A DNA stretch of 64,000 nucleotides from Proteobacteria bacterium UBA5680 (GTDB lineage Bacteria > Pseudomonadota > Gammaproteobacteria > Arenicellales > UBA5680), in NCBI GenBank assembly GCA_002420425.1, contig DIIC01000017.1:12052-76051 (forward strand). Reading direction: 5' to 3'. The number at the start of each line of letters is the position of its first letter. Within the stretch, counting starts at the first letter, position 1. Under the pieces are notes generated by a model that saw nothing but the letters and a program-made list of their open reading frames with translations, did not search any database and was not told where the DNA came from. Position numbers and translations under genes: made by a program. This document shows positions 17,348 through 28,600 of the stretch, piece after piece.

Positions 17348-18709
17348 ATGACCAGTTTTTTATACAGTATTGTGGGGTTTGTTCTGGCTTTAGGTATCCT
17401 CGTCACAATCCATGAGTTTGGCCATTTCTGGGTTGCCAGAAAGGTAGGTGTAAAAGTAATCAAGTTTTCAGTTGGATTTGGCAGCCCGCTCTGGAAGCGA
17501 AAGGGAAAGGATGGTATTGAGTATCTGCTCGGTGTGGTGCCTCTTGGCGGATATGTGAAGATGCTGGATGAGAGGGAGGGTGAAGTCCAAGAGAAGGATC
17601 GCCCCTTTGCCTTTAACAGGCAGCCGCTCCTTAGTCGTACAGCAATAGTATTTGCCGGGCCGCTCTCTAATTTCCTTTTCGCGATTGCCGCTTATGCGCT
17701 GGTTGCCCTGATTGGAGTTGAAGATATCAGGCCAATCGTCGGGCACGTTGTCGAAGGCTCCCCAGCGGCAACTTCAGGGATTGTCAAAGGGGATGAAGTG
17801 GTTGCCATCAATGGGCGATCGAATAGCAGCTGGAGTGAGAACAGGCTCTTTCTGTTTGATCAGGTTTTTTCAGGATCTGACATTGAACTGACAGTCCGAC
17901 ATCAGGATGGACGAAATAGTCAGCACTATATCTCTGCGCCAGGGGGGACAGATGATGAGTTAACCCCTGATGTGCTTGAGAGCGTGGTGGGTATTTACAG
18001 CTATATACCACCTCTCCCACCCGTCATTGGCGGGGTGATGGAAGGATCGCCAGCCGCCCTGGCTGGACTGAAGCTCGACGATCGAGTGATCTCAGTCGAT
18101 GGCATTGCTGTTGAGGAGTGGATGGAGGTCGTTAACTATATAAGCCAACGACCCTCCACACCGATTGAACTGATGCTCCTTTTTGATAGCTCTGAGCGGA
18201 TTGTCGAGGTCACTCCTCGGGCGGTTGCCGTTGAGGGTGAGGTGATTGGGCAAATTGGTGCCTATCTGAAACCGGTTCCGTTCCCGGAAGAGCTTAAAGT
18301 CAAAATTCAGCTTGGGTTGGGTGAAGCCCTGCTTAAAGGGGTTGAAAGCACCTGGGGCATGTCAACACTGACACTGAAGGTGTTAGGTAAAATTATAACT
18401 TTTCAAACATCTACAGACAGTTTGAGCGGTCCTATCTCGATCGCTCAATATGCGGGCCAGACCGCCCAACTCGGAATAAGTGAATTTATCCTCTTTTTGG
18501 CAATCATCAGCGTTAGTCTTGGCGTTCTCAATCTCCTCCCGATCCCGCTCCTCGATGGAGGTCATCTGTTCTACTTTCTTGTTGAATTTATTACCCGACG
18601 ACCCGTATCTAAGCAATTTATGATCATCGGTCAGCAAATTGGCATATTTGTGTTAGTTATGCTTATGAGTGTTGCTGTTTATAATGATATAGTTAGATTG
18701 TCTTCATAG
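17348..18709 (+). CDS. rseP: Site-2 (RIP) zinc metalloprotease RseP
   Basis: 453-aa ORF with the HEFGHF zinc motif at the N-terminus, two PDZ-like regions (GSPAA... twice) and LNLLPIPLLDGGH. Confidence 0.9.
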   Translation: MTSFLYSIVGFVLALGILVTIHEFGHFWVARKVGVKVIKFSVGFGSPLWKRKGKDGIEYLLGVVPLGGYVKMLDEREGEVQEKDRPFAFNRQPLLSRTAIVFAGPLSNFLFAIAAYALVALIGVEDIRPIVGHVVEGSPAATSGIVKGDEVVAINGRSNSSWSENRLFLFDQVFSGSDIELTVRHQDGRNSQHYISAPGGTDDELTPDVLESVVGIYSYIPPLPPVIGGVMEGSPAALAGLKLDDRVISVDGIAVEEWMEVVNYISQRPSTPIELMLLFDSSERIVEVTPRAVAVEGEVIGQIGAYLKPVPFPEELKVKIQLGLGEALLKGVESTWGMSTLTLKVLGKIITFQTSTDSLSGPISIAQYAGQTAQLGISEFILFLAIISVSLGVLNLLPIPLLDGGHLFYFLVEFITRRPVSKQFMIIGQQIGIFVLVMLMSVAVYNDIVRLSS

Positions 18710-18724
18710 CCTCTCTTTTGCTGA

Positions 18725-21028
18725 ATGTTGAACTTGAATGTGAAAAAATTCTTATTTTTCCTACTCTTGGGATGGGTGGTCATATCCACAGCTGGAGCTA
18801 TTGACTCCTTCACCATTAGTGATATTCGGGTAGAGGGATTACAACGGGTCTCCCCGGGAACCGTTTTCAACTATCTTCCACTCAAAGTGGGGGATCAGAT
18901 TGATGCCGTTTCAGCCAGAGAGGGGGTCAAGGCACTCCATAAGACTGGTTTTTTTAGGGAGGTTCAACTCAAGCAAGAGGGCACGGTTTTGATCGTTGAG
19001 GTTCATGAGCGGCCCTCCATTACTCAGATCGATTTTGTGGGCAACAAAATCATCGATAAAGATGAGTTGGTAACCAACCTGAGGCAGGCCGGATTTGCAG
19101 AAGGACGCATCTATAATAAGGGGCTGGTCGAGAGCGTAAAGCAGGAGTTGATGCAACTCTATTTTGCAAAGGGACGATATGGAACCTCTGTAGAGATCAC
19201 AGTCACTCCTCAAAAGCGCAATCGAGTTGCTGTTACTTTTGATATTAACGAAGCAGCGGTTGCCAGGATAAATGAGATTAAAATCATTGGGAACAAGGTT
19301 TTTAGTGATGATCGACTTCGAGACGAATTTGTTCTGACCACACCTGGCCTGTTCTTGTTTTTTTCCAGTCGAGATGATCAATATTCTAAAGATAAACTGG
19401 AAGGTGATCTTGAGAGTCTGAAGAGCTTCTATCTTGATCGGGGCTATCTTGATTTCAAGATTGAATCGACCCAGGTTTCAATGAGTTCAGATAAAACATC
19501 TATCTATCTCTCTATTGCACTCTCAGAAGGAGAGCAGTACTCGATCAAAGAGGTCAAGATTGTCGGCAATCTCGTTTTCACTCGAAGTGAACTGAACAAA
19601 CTGATCACTATTCAACCGGGTGATCAGTTCTCCAGAAAACAACTGAATGACAGCCGTCGTGCGATTCTTGATAAATTGGCTGATGAAGGTTATGCCTTTG
19701 CCAGCGTAGCGGCGCTGCCCAACATTGATCAACAGAATCACACGGTTGAGTTTACTCTGGACATTGATCCTGGAAGACGGGTCTATGTCAGACGGATCAA
19801 TATTTCTGGGAACATGGCCACTCAGGATGAGGTGATTCGTCGTGAGATGCGGCTTATAGAGGGGGGCTGGTTTTCAGCAATAAAGTTAAGACGTTCCAGA
19901 GTCAGGCTACAGCGACTGGATCTTTTTGCCAATGTGGAAATCAGAACACCTGCTGTTCCAGGCAGCATAGATCAGGTTGATGTGAATGTAGTGGTTGAAG
20001 AGAAAAGCACCGGTTCCTTTATGGGAGGGGCAGGTTACTCGACTGAAGATGGATTACTGCTCATGGCAGGGGTTGAGTTTCGCAACCTGTTTGGTGAAGG
20101 CAAAGGGCTTGAGATTCGGATCGATAATACTTCAGCACGCGAGGAATACAAGATTATCTATAAGGATCCCTATACTACCCTCTCTGGGGTAAGCCGTGAA
20201 CTCTATGCTGAATCAGAGAAATATTCTGCAGATGAAGCAAACACCTCTAGTTATCTGATGAATTCAGCACGCTTAGGCGTGAATTACCAGTTCCCCATGA
20301 CCGAGTTCTACTCACTGCAGTCAGGTCTCTCTGTAGAGAAGTTGTCGCTCAAGTCAACTGATACAACACCATCAGAATATGATGCATTTATAAACTCCAA
20401 TCCAGAGGCCTGGAACTATAAAATTACTTCCGGGTTAACCTATGATACTCGTGACAGTAAGACCTGGGCGATGAGTGGTGGAGTGAGAACTGCATCTGTA
20501 GAATTTACTGGTCCTGGGAGCGAAATTGAGTACTATCGTCTCTTCCTGAAAGGATCACAGTACATTTCTCTCTCTGACACTATTTCACTTCATGGCCGGG
20601 CAGAGCTTGGTTATGGTGATGGTTATGGTGAACTGGGTCAGTTGCCCTTTTACAAGAACTTCTTTATGGGAGGACCAAGTACTGTTCGTGGATACCGCTC
20701 TCGCTCAATTGGCCCCTATGATGATAGCGCCGATCCAAAACCAATTGGAGGAAGCAAGCGGATTGTTGGCAGCCTTGAGTTATTGATACCCTATCCAGGG
20801 TCTGAAAAAACCCGGGATAAACGCTTTGCCTTCTTTGTAGATGGGGGGCAGGTCTACACCCCCAGGGATGATATCGACCTTGGTGAAATCCGCTACTCCA
20901 TGGGTATTGGGTTTAACTGGTTGTCGGCTATTGGGCCCATTGGCTTAAGTTATGGGGTTCCGATTAATCCACAGACCGGAGATCAGGAAGAGCGATTCCA
21001 AGTCAGCATGGGGTTCATATTTAACTAG
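18725..21028 (+). CDS. bamA: Outer membrane protein assembly factor BamA
   Basis: 767-aa ORF with a signal peptide, I.DIRVEGLQRVS and repeated POTRA-like segments, and a C-terminal beta-barrel with GGPSTVRGY. rseP-bamA-skp synteny. Confidence 0.95.
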   Translation: MLNLNVKKFLFFLLLGWVVISTAGAIDSFTISDIRVEGLQRVSPGTVFNYLPLKVGDQIDAVSAREGVKALHKTGFFREVQLKQEGTVLIVEVHERPSITQIDFVGNKIIDKDELVTNLRQAGFAEGRIYNKGLVESVKQELMQLYFAKGRYGTSVEITVTPQKRNRVAVTFDINEAAVARINEIKIIGNKVFSDDRLRDEFVLTTPGLFLFFSSRDDQYSKDKLEGDLESLKSFYLDRGYLDFKIESTQVSMSSDKTSIYLSIALSEGEQYSIKEVKIVGNLVFTRSELNKLITIQPGDQFSRKQLNDSRRAILDKLADEGYAFASVAALPNIDQQNHTVEFTLDIDPGRRVYVRRINISGNMATQDEVIRREMRLIEGGWFSAIKLRRSRVRLQRLDLFANVEIRTPAVPGSIDQVDVNVVVEEKSTGSFMGGAGYSTEDGLLLMAGVEFRNLFGEGKGLEIRIDNTSAREEYKIIYKDPYTTLSGVSRELYAESEKYSADEANTSSYLMNSARLGVNYQFPMTEFYSLQSGLSVEKLSLKSTDTTPSEYDAFINSNPEAWNYKITSGLTYDTRDSKTWAMSGGVRTASVEFTGPGSEIEYYRLFLKGSQYISLSDTISLHGRAELGYGDGYGELGQLPFYKNFFMGGPSTVRGYRSRSIGPYDDSADPKPIGGSKRIVGSLELLIPYPGSEKTRDKRFAFFVDGGQVYTPRDDIDLGEIRYSMGIGFNWLSAIGPIGLSYGVPINPQTGDQEERFQVSMGFIFN

Positions 21029-21050
21029 AATACATAAAGAATATAATGAC

Positions 21051-21566
21051 ATGAAAATACCATCAAAAATATTTATTTCACTTTTCATTTGTTTGACGAT
21101 GATGGGGTACTCCTCTTCTGTTTCTGCACAAGGGACAAAGATTGGATACGTTGATACCCCTCGATTAATGAAGGAGGCCCCTCAGGTTATCGCATCGCAA
21201 AAAATGCTTGAGGAGGAATTTAGTGAACGGCAACAGATGCTGAAATCCTATCAGCAAGAGATTGCCGATCTGGAAGCCGATATCCAAAAAAACAGCCTGA
21301 TCATGAGTTCGGATGAGCAGAGCCAAAAAGAACGACGATTGCGTGAATTACAACGTCTGTTGAAACGAGGGAGTGAAGAGTATCGTGAGGATGTCAGCTT
21401 GAGAAGAAATGAAGAGTTGACAAAAGTTCAGATTATAGTTCGTGAAGCAGTGATGACGGTGGCGGTTGCCGAAGGCTACAATCTGATTGTTGAGTTTCCT
21501 GTCTACGCAAGCCCTGAGGTGAATATCACTAACAAGGTCCTCGATCAATTGTCGAAGCAACGTTGA
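21051..21566 (+). CDS. skp: Periplasmic chaperone Skp (OmpH family)
   Basis: ATG 21051 gives the signal peptide MKIPSKIFISLFICLTMMGYSSSVSAQG, followed by KIGYVD and a coiled, charged body. It lies between bamA and lpxD. Confidence 0.85.
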   Translation: MKIPSKIFISLFICLTMMGYSSSVSAQGTKIGYVDTPRLMKEAPQVIASQKMLEEEFSERQQMLKSYQQEIADLEADIQKNSLIMSSDEQSQKERRLRELQRLLKRGSEEYREDVSLRRNEELTKVQIIVREAVMTVAVAEGYNLIVEFPVYASPEVNITNKVLDQLSKQR

Positions 21567-21619
21567 ACAATCGCTCTGTTTTATTCACACCCAGTCGTCC
21601 CAGATAAAGATATCAATAA

Positions 21620-22666
21620 GTGACACGAATAATTCAACTTGAATCACCAATATCATTAGAAAAGCTTGCTGGCCAGCTTCAAGCTGAATTTAGAGGTGAT
21701 CCAGAGTTTAAAATTCAAAGCGTGGCCAATCTCGAACACGCCGATTCTGGATCGCTCTCCTTTTTTTCTGGAAAACGTTTCCTGAGTGATCTCCAGACCA
21801 CTGAAGCCGGCGTTGTCATCCTAAGCAAAGAGAACTCATTGCTCTTTCCAGGGAACAGTATCTACTCAGAAAATCCGTATGCTACTTTTTCTCAGGCCGT
21901 TGGAATAATGAAGGTGGAAGAAGAGCCGATACCGAAAAGAGACCAAAGTGCCATAATTGATGATTCTGCAGTCATTGCCGACAATGCCACAATCGGTGCA
22001 GGCGTTATTATTGAAGCGGGTGTTGTTATAGGAGAACAGGTTTTGATTGGCAATGGCAGTTCTATTCATCGAGGAGTAGAGATTGCCAGGTCATGTCGGA
22101 TTGGTGCAAATGTAGTTATTGGTAGAGGGGTCACCCTAGGTGAGAGGTGTAAAATAGAACCGGGTGCAGTTTTAGGGGCTACTGGGTTTGGCTACACCCA
22201 TTTAGATGAGGAGTGGCTGCCAATACCCCAGCTTGGGTCAGTGATTATAGGTAAGAATGTTGATATTGGTGCGAACTCGACCATTGATCGCGGCACATTG
22301 GGAGATACTGTTATCGAGGATGGCGTAAAAATCGATAATCAGGTTCACATCGGACATAATGTTCATATAGGAGCTCACACTATCCTGGCAGGATGCAGTG
22401 CTGTTGCAGGGAGTGTCAAAATTGGAAACCGCTGTCGTTTGGGAGGCAGGGTGGGTATCCTTGATAATCTCGAAATTACCGATGATGTCCATATTGCAGC
22501 CACTAGTGTGGTCACTCGTTCGATTGCCGAGCCGGGGATGTACTCATCTGTTGTTCCGGCACAATCTGTAGCGAAATGGCGTAGAAATATAGGCAGAATA
22601 AGAAATCTCGATCGTTGGGCTGTGAAGATTGAGAAGAAACTAAAACAAGAGCATAAGGAGGATTAG
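21620..22666 (+). CDS. lpxD: UDP-3-O-acylglucosamine N-acyltransferase
   Basis: 348-aa ORF with long left-handed beta-helix hexapeptide repeats and a GNRCRLGG segment. skp-lpxD-fabZ-lpxA order. Confidence 0.95.
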   Translation: MTRIIQLESPISLEKLAGQLQAEFRGDPEFKIQSVANLEHADSGSLSFFSGKRFLSDLQTTEAGVVILSKENSLLFPGNSIYSENPYATFSQAVGIMKVEEEPIPKRDQSAIIDDSAVIADNATIGAGVIIEAGVVIGEQVLIGNGSSIHRGVEIARSCRIGANVVIGRGVTLGERCKIEPGAVLGATGFGYTHLDEEWLPIPQLGSVIIGKNVDIGANSTIDRGTLGDTVIEDGVKIDNQVHIGHNVHIGAHTILAGCSAVAGSVKIGNRCRLGGRVGILDNLEITDDVHIAATSVVTRSIAEPGMYSSVVPAQSVAKWRRNIGRIRNLDRWAVKIEKKLKQEHKED

Positions 22667-22667
22667 A

Positions 22668-23111
22668 TTGATCACTTTGGATATTCACCAAATCATGGAG
22701 TATCTCCCTCATCGTTATCCATTTTTATTGATTGATCGGGTGATTGAGCTTGACCCTGGCGTCACTCTGAAAGCATTAAAAAATGTAACTGTTAACGAGC
22801 CTTTTTTTCAGGGCCACTTCCCTGTGCGGCCCGTCTTTCCTGGGGTAATGACACTTGAAGCGATGGCTCAGGCATCGGCTATTCTTGCCGCTAGCGGGCT
22901 GGACAAAAAACCCGAGAAAAATATAGTTTATCTGTTTGCCGGAGTCGATAAGGCACGTTTTAAGCGCGCCATTGAGCCGGGGGATCAAATTGTTTTTGAG
23001 ATAGAACTCATTCGCCAGGTCAGGAATGTCTGGAAATGTGGGGGTACTGCTTCTGTTGATGGTGCACTCTCGTGCAGCGCAGAAGTGCTTTTTACCTATC
23101 GGGAGCTTTGA
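22668..23111 (+). CDS. fabZ: 3-hydroxyacyl-ACP dehydratase FabZ
   Basis: 147-aa ORF with LPHRYPFLLIDRV, NEPFFQGHFP and PGVMTLEAMAQ motifs. Confidence 0.95.
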   Translation: MITLDIHQIMEYLPHRYPFLLIDRVIELDPGVTLKALKNVTVNEPFFQGHFPVRPVFPGVMTLEAMAQASAILAASGLDKKPEKNIVYLFAGVDKARFKRAIEPGDQIVFEIELIRQVRNVWKCGGTASVDGALSCSAEVLFTYREL

Positions 23112-23882
23112 ATGATTGACCAGAAGGCGTTGATTGATCCCGGTGCTCGTCTTGGGAATGGCGCCAAAGTAGGTCCGTTCACGATTATCGAAGATGATGT
23201 AGAGATAGGTGATGATACTGAAATAGGTTCACACTGTGTCATAAGATCCGGGACACAAATCGGCAAGTCCAACCGTATCTCACAATTCTGCTCAATTGGT
23301 GATGAACCCCAGCATTTGGGATATGCAGGTGAGCCGACTAAACTGGAAATCGGAGATCGTAATACTATTCGAGAGTACTGTACGATCAATCGTGGGAGCA
23401 CCTGCAGTGATGGTGTGACCCGAGTCGGCAATGATAATTTCTTCATGGCCTATGTGCATATTGCTCATGATTGCAAGGTTGCCAATCACACCATTTTTGC
23501 TAATGCAGCCAGTCTAGCAGGTCAAGTAGAGGTTGGTGACAATGTTATTTTTGGTGGATTTTCATTGGTTCATCAGTTTTGCAAGATCGGCTCTCACTGC
23601 ATTACGGGTATTGGATCTGTCATAGTAAAAGATGTTTCACCATTCGTAGTGTGCGCTGGAAATCCTGCAAAAGTACATGGGATCAACATCAAGGGACTTA
23701 AGCGCCGTGGTTTTGGTGAGGATCGAATTCTTGATATCAAACGAGCCTATCGTGTTATTTTTCGTGAAGGTCTTGAAGTTAAAACAGCCTTGGCTCGCCT
23801 TTCAGAACAAGCCAGAGATAATCCTGATATTGCAATGTGGACTGCTTTTCTTGAGAATTCCACCCGGGGTGTTGTTCGTTAA
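23112..23882 (+). CDS. lpxA: UDP-N-acetylglucosamine O-acyltransferase
   Basis: 256-aa ORF starting MIDQKALIDPGARLGNGAKVGPF, with hexapeptide repeats, NLKGLKRRGF-like INIKGLKRRGF and KRAYRVIF. Confidence 0.95.
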   Translation: MIDQKALIDPGARLGNGAKVGPFTIIEDDVEIGDDTEIGSHCVIRSGTQIGKSNRISQFCSIGDEPQHLGYAGEPTKLEIGDRNTIREYCTINRGSTCSDGVTRVGNDNFFMAYVHIAHDCKVANHTIFANAASLAGQVEVGDNVIFGGFSLVHQFCKIGSHCITGIGSVIVKDVSPFVVCAGNPAKVHGINIKGLKRRGFGEDRILDIKRAYRVIFREGLEVKTALARLSEQARDNPDIAMWTAFLENSTRGVVR

Positions 23883-23959
23883 TTTAGACCCCGTGGCCAC
23901 TGACAGGTTATGACCTCTAGACATATCCCTTCTCTTCCAAAATTCTCCTACTGGGTTTT

Positions 23960-25096
23960 TTGATGTTGATCGGAATTGTCGCGGGTGAAACTTCAGGTGA
24001 TCATCTAGGGGCTGGCCTGGTTGCCAAGATCAAGAAGCAGCACCCCCAGGCACAATTTTTTGGGATTGGCGGGCCGAGGATGAGGGCTCTTGGTGTAGAG
24101 AGTATTGTCCCCATGGATACCATAACGGTTATGGGGCTTGAAGAACTATTCAGTAAACTCTACAACGTCCTAAAAACCAGACGCACCCTTCTTAAGAGAT
24201 TTAATGAACTCAAACCTGATGTGTTTATTGGTGTCGATGTCCCTGACTTCAACCTTTGGCTTGAAGAGCGCCTTCGAGTTGCAGGTATTCCGACAGTTCA
24301 CCTGGTAAGTCCTACAGTCTGGGCCTGGAGAGGATATCGAGTTCACCGTATAAGGCGGGCCGTTTCGCATATGCTTGCACTTTTTCCTTTTGAGGCTGAC
24401 TATTTCAGGGATAACAATGTCCCTGTTACCTTTATAGGACATCCTCTCGCTGCAGACATCGAACAGGGGGATGAAAAAAAAACGATCAGGGAGAGAATGG
24501 GTATTGCCGTTGATACTTCTGTGCTTGCCATCTTGCCGGGAAGCAGATCAAGTGAGATCAAGCGTCTTGGACCTGTGTTTATTGAGACAGCAGGAGTGTT
24601 GAAAAAACAAAATCCCAATCTAAAGTTGTTGATCCCGTGTGCGAGTGCAGAGATCAAAAATCAACTCGAAAAAATAATTGATCCTGCTCTCACAATAACA
24701 TTGTGTGACGGACAATCAAGAGAGGTGATGATTGCATCCGATGTTGTACTTTTGGCTTCGGGCACCGCGGCTTTGGAAGCTGCTCTGCTTCAGCGTCCCA
24801 TGGTGGTCGCTTACAAGGTCTCTATGGCTACCTATCTACTGGTTAAATTGTTTGGTCATGTGGATTTCTATTCGATGCCAAACCATCTGGTTACTCCTTC
24901 TGTTGTTCCTGAATTCATCCAGAATAATGCTGTTTCAAAAAGAATTGTTCCGGCTGTTACAGATCTGTTGGAACGCCCAGATCTGAGGAGGGAGATCTCG
25001 TCTAAGTTCTCCGAGATACATAAAACACTGAAACAACCAACAATAGCCATGGCGGCAGAAATTGTACTCAAGCTGGCACATAAAAGGGGTGGTTGA
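23960..25096 (+). CDS. lpxB: Lipid-A-disaccharide synthase
   Basis: 378-aa ORF with IVAGETSGD, DVPDFNL, ILPGSRSSEI and ASGTAALEAAL motifs. Confidence 0.95.
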   Translation: MMLIGIVAGETSGDHLGAGLVAKIKKQHPQAQFFGIGGPRMRALGVESIVPMDTITVMGLEELFSKLYNVLKTRRTLLKRFNELKPDVFIGVDVPDFNLWLEERLRVAGIPTVHLVSPTVWAWRGYRVHRIRRAVSHMLALFPFEADYFRDNNVPVTFIGHPLAADIEQGDEKKTIRERMGIAVDTSVLAILPGSRSSEIKRLGPVFIETAGVLKKQNPNLKLLIPCASAEIKNQLEKIIDPALTITLCDGQSREVMIASDVVLLASGTAALEAALLQRPMVVAYKVSMATYLLVKLFGHVDFYSMPNHLVTPSVVPEFIQNNAVSKRIVPAVTDLLERPDLRREISSKFSEIHKTLKQPTIAMAAEIVLKLAHKRGG

Positions 25097-25686
25097 TCGT
25101 AATGCCGGTGCCCGTGTCATTGGCAGGTGTTGATGAGGCAGGCCGAGGGCCACTTGCCGGGCCAGTCGTTGCTGCTGCTGTAGTCCTGGGGCAGGGTAGT
25201 TCTATTTCAGGATTGGGCGATTCTAAAACAATTACTCCTGCCAGGAGAAAATCCCTTGCACAGGCGATTTATGAACAGGCAGATGACTGGGGGGTGGGAA
25301 TGGCTTCAGTTGAGGAGATTGACCAATATAATATCCTTCAGGCCACATTTTTGGCCATGGAAAGGGCTGTAAGGGCACTCACTCACTATCCTGAGTTAAC
25401 GCTGGTTGATGGCAATCAGAGACCACTGTTAGGTTGCCGGGTCAAAACAGTGGTCAAGGGTGATCATAGAGTCTTGGCGATCGGAGCCGCTTCCATTATT
25501 GCAAAAGTATGCCGTGATTTAATTATGACTGAACTTGAGACCACCTATCCTGGGTATGGCTTCGCCAATCACAAGGGTTATCCCACACGTGAGCACCTGG
25601 CGGCGTTGCGTACGAGGGGTGTAACACCGGTTCACAGGACCTCCTACAAACCAGTAAAGGAAATTCTTGCTCTCCATGAAAAGTGA
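25093..25686 (+). CDS. rnhB: Ribonuclease HII
   Basis: 197-aa ORF with GVDEAGRGPLAGPVV, DSK and ASIIAKV motifs. It overlaps the lpxB stop. Confidence 0.95.
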   Translation: MIVMPVPVSLAGVDEAGRGPLAGPVVAAAVVLGQGSSISGLGDSKTITPARRKSLAQAIYEQADDWGVGMASVEEIDQYNILQATFLAMERAVRALTHYPELTLVDGNQRPLLGCRVKTVVKGDHRVLAIGAASIIAKVCRDLIMTELETTYPGYGFANHKGYPTREHLAALRTRGVTPVHRTSYKPVKEILALHEK

Positions 25687-28600
25687 ACAGCCAGCCAGAT
25701 CTTCGGCGCCATTTGTCCACTTGCGTGTTCATTCTGAGTACTCACTTGTTGATGGCATAGTGCGCATTCGCCAGCTGGTTGATCGAGTGCGTTCTCTTCA
25801 AATGCCGGCGGTGGCCGTCACTGATGTAATGAATATATTTGGTGCAGTTAAATTCTATCAGGCTGCATGTAAAAGAGGGATCAAGCCACTCCTTGGTATC
25901 GATCTTTCCCTCAAAGGGACAAACAACAGCGAACGCTCACCACGTCTTCTTGTGCTGTGTCGAACAGATCAGGGTTATCGCTCTTTGTGCCAGCTTCTCA
26001 CACGTGCTTATCGTGATGGATGGAGTGGAGGCAAGGTTGCACTGGAAAAGTCATGGCTTAGAGATTCTACCGCTGGGCTTATCGCCCTTTCTTCTGGTCT
26101 TGATGGTGAGATCGGCCAGGCCATGCTGGCGGACAACTACAGTGCGGCTCAAAAGCTGGCAGTCGATTATTCCAAACTTTTTCCAGACTGCTTCTATCTG
26201 GAGTTGAGTAGAACCGGGCATGGTAATGAAGAGGAGTACATTAGTCAGGCGTTAACGTTGGCAAGTGAGGTAGGACTGCCCGTAGTGGCAACCAATCAGG
26301 TTCAATTTCTTGATGAAGATGAGTATGAGAATCACGAGGTCCGTGTCTGTATAAATCAAGGGCGGGTTCTCTCTGATCAGCGCCGTTCCAGGCAGTTTAG
26401 GGCCAAACAGTATCTGCGTTCGACAGAAGAGATGCAGACGCTGTTTGCTGATATACCAGAGGCCCTCCAAAACAGTTTTGAGATTTCCAGAAGGTGTAAT
26501 GTCACTATTGAGTTTGGCAAGTCCTATCTCCCAGAATTCCCGCTTCCCCGTGGGCAGAAGGTTGATACCGTGTTTGCTAAAAAAGCACAACAGGGCCTCA
26601 AGCAGAGACTCTCCACAAATGACCATGCTGAAACATTTGAGCACTACAGTGAGAGGCTTGATCTTGAACTCGATGTAATAAGGCAGATGGGTTTTGCCGG
26701 TTATTTTTTGATTGTTGCGGACTTTATTTCCTGGGCCAAGGAGAGTGATATCCCAGTAGGGCCGGGACGGGGTTCAGGAGCAGGTTCATTGGTTGCCTGG
26801 GCATTGGGAATTACAGAACTTGATCCTATTCGATATGGGCTGCTCTTTGAGCGGTTTCTCAACCCAGAGCGTGTTTCACTCCCCGACTTTGATATCGATT
26901 TTTGTATGGAGGGGAGAGATAAAGTAATTGACTATGTTGCCAACCGTTATGGTCGCGACAATGTAGCTCAGATAGTAACTTATGGCACCATGGCTGCACG
27001 GGCAGTGGTCAGGGATGTTGGAAGAGTGATGAACCACCCCTACGGCTATGTCGATACCTTGGCAAAATTGATTCCATTTGAAGTAGGGATGACGTTGAGT
27101 AAAGCACTCCGTCAGGAAGTTCAGTTGCGTGAGAGATATGAGCAGGAAGAAGAAGTCAAAGAACTTATCGATAGCGCAAAAGCACTTGAGGGGCTCTCCC
27201 GAAATGTTGGAAAACATGCTGGCGGAGTCGTGATTGCGCCCTCGCCATTGACAGACTTCTCACCGCTCTATCTGGAACAAGATAGTACCCAGGCGCTCAC
27301 TCAGTTTGACAAGGATGATCTGGAAGCGGTCGGACTGGTAAAGTTTGATTTTCTTGGTCTTAGGACCTTGACGGTGATCCACTGGACAGTTCAGATGGTT
27401 AACCAATATTTCCTCAGAAGCGACCAAACCCCACTCAATATAGCGCTCCTCGATATGGATGATCGTGAAACCTTTGATCTGCTGAAAGCCTGCAAGACAA
27501 CCGCTCTTTTTCAGCTTGAATCAAGGGGGATGCGAGATTTGGTGCAGAGAATGCAGCCGGATTGTTTTGAAGACCTTATTGCGCTGGTCGCCCTGTTTCG
27601 ACCCGGTCCTCTACAATCCGGGATGGTCGATGATTTTATTAACCGAAAACATGGACGGGAAGAGATCGAATATCCTCATCCGGAACTTGAGTCAATACTC
27701 TCACAAACCTATGGGGTTATTCTCTACCAGGAGCAGGTGATGCTGATTGCCCAGGTTCTTGCTGGTTATACCCTCGGTGCCGCTGATTTGCTTCGACAAG
27801 CGATGGGCAAGAAAAAGCCTGAAGAGATGTCACGTCAGGGAGAGATATTCCGTGATGGAGCAAAAGAGCGTGGAATTGATGAGCGCATTGCAAAGCATAT
27901 CTTTGATCTAATGGAAAAATTCGCCGGCTATGGGTTCAACAAATCACACTCCGCTGCCTATGCCCTGGTGAGCTATCAGACGGCCTGGCTTAAGTCTCAT
28001 TACCCAGCCCCTTTTCTGGCGGCCTCTCTTTCCGCAGATATGGAAAATACCGACAAGGTTGTGGTGTTGGTTAATGAATGCAGGAATTTTTCTATTGAGG
28101 TGGTTCGACCGGATGTTAATCGATGTTTCTATCGCTTTTTCCCGGTTGAGACAGAGAAAATACTCTATGGATTAGGAGCGATAAAAGGAGTTGGATTTTC
28201 AGCCATTGAAGCGATTGAAGATGCCCGGGAGAGTGGGGGGGCTTTTGCCGATTTATTTGATTTTTGTCGAAGGGTGGATTCAAAACGGATCAATAGAAGA
28301 GTTCTTGAAGCATTGATCAAATCAGGGGCAATGGATGAAATGGGAAGCCATCGTGCAAGCCTTCTTGAAACATTGCCTATTGCTGTCGATCTGGCTGATC
28401 AACAAACCCGTGATCAACAAGCGGGGCAAGGCTCACTCTTTGGTGAAATTGAGATGGAATCGCGGGTTGAAGTGTTCAAGAGTATTGATGTTTGGAGTGA
28501 TTTTACCCGACTGCACTTTGAAAAAGAGAGTCTGGGGCTCTATCTGACTGGACACCCGATGGACACTTTTCGTGATGAGCTAAACCCGCTTACCAAGGGT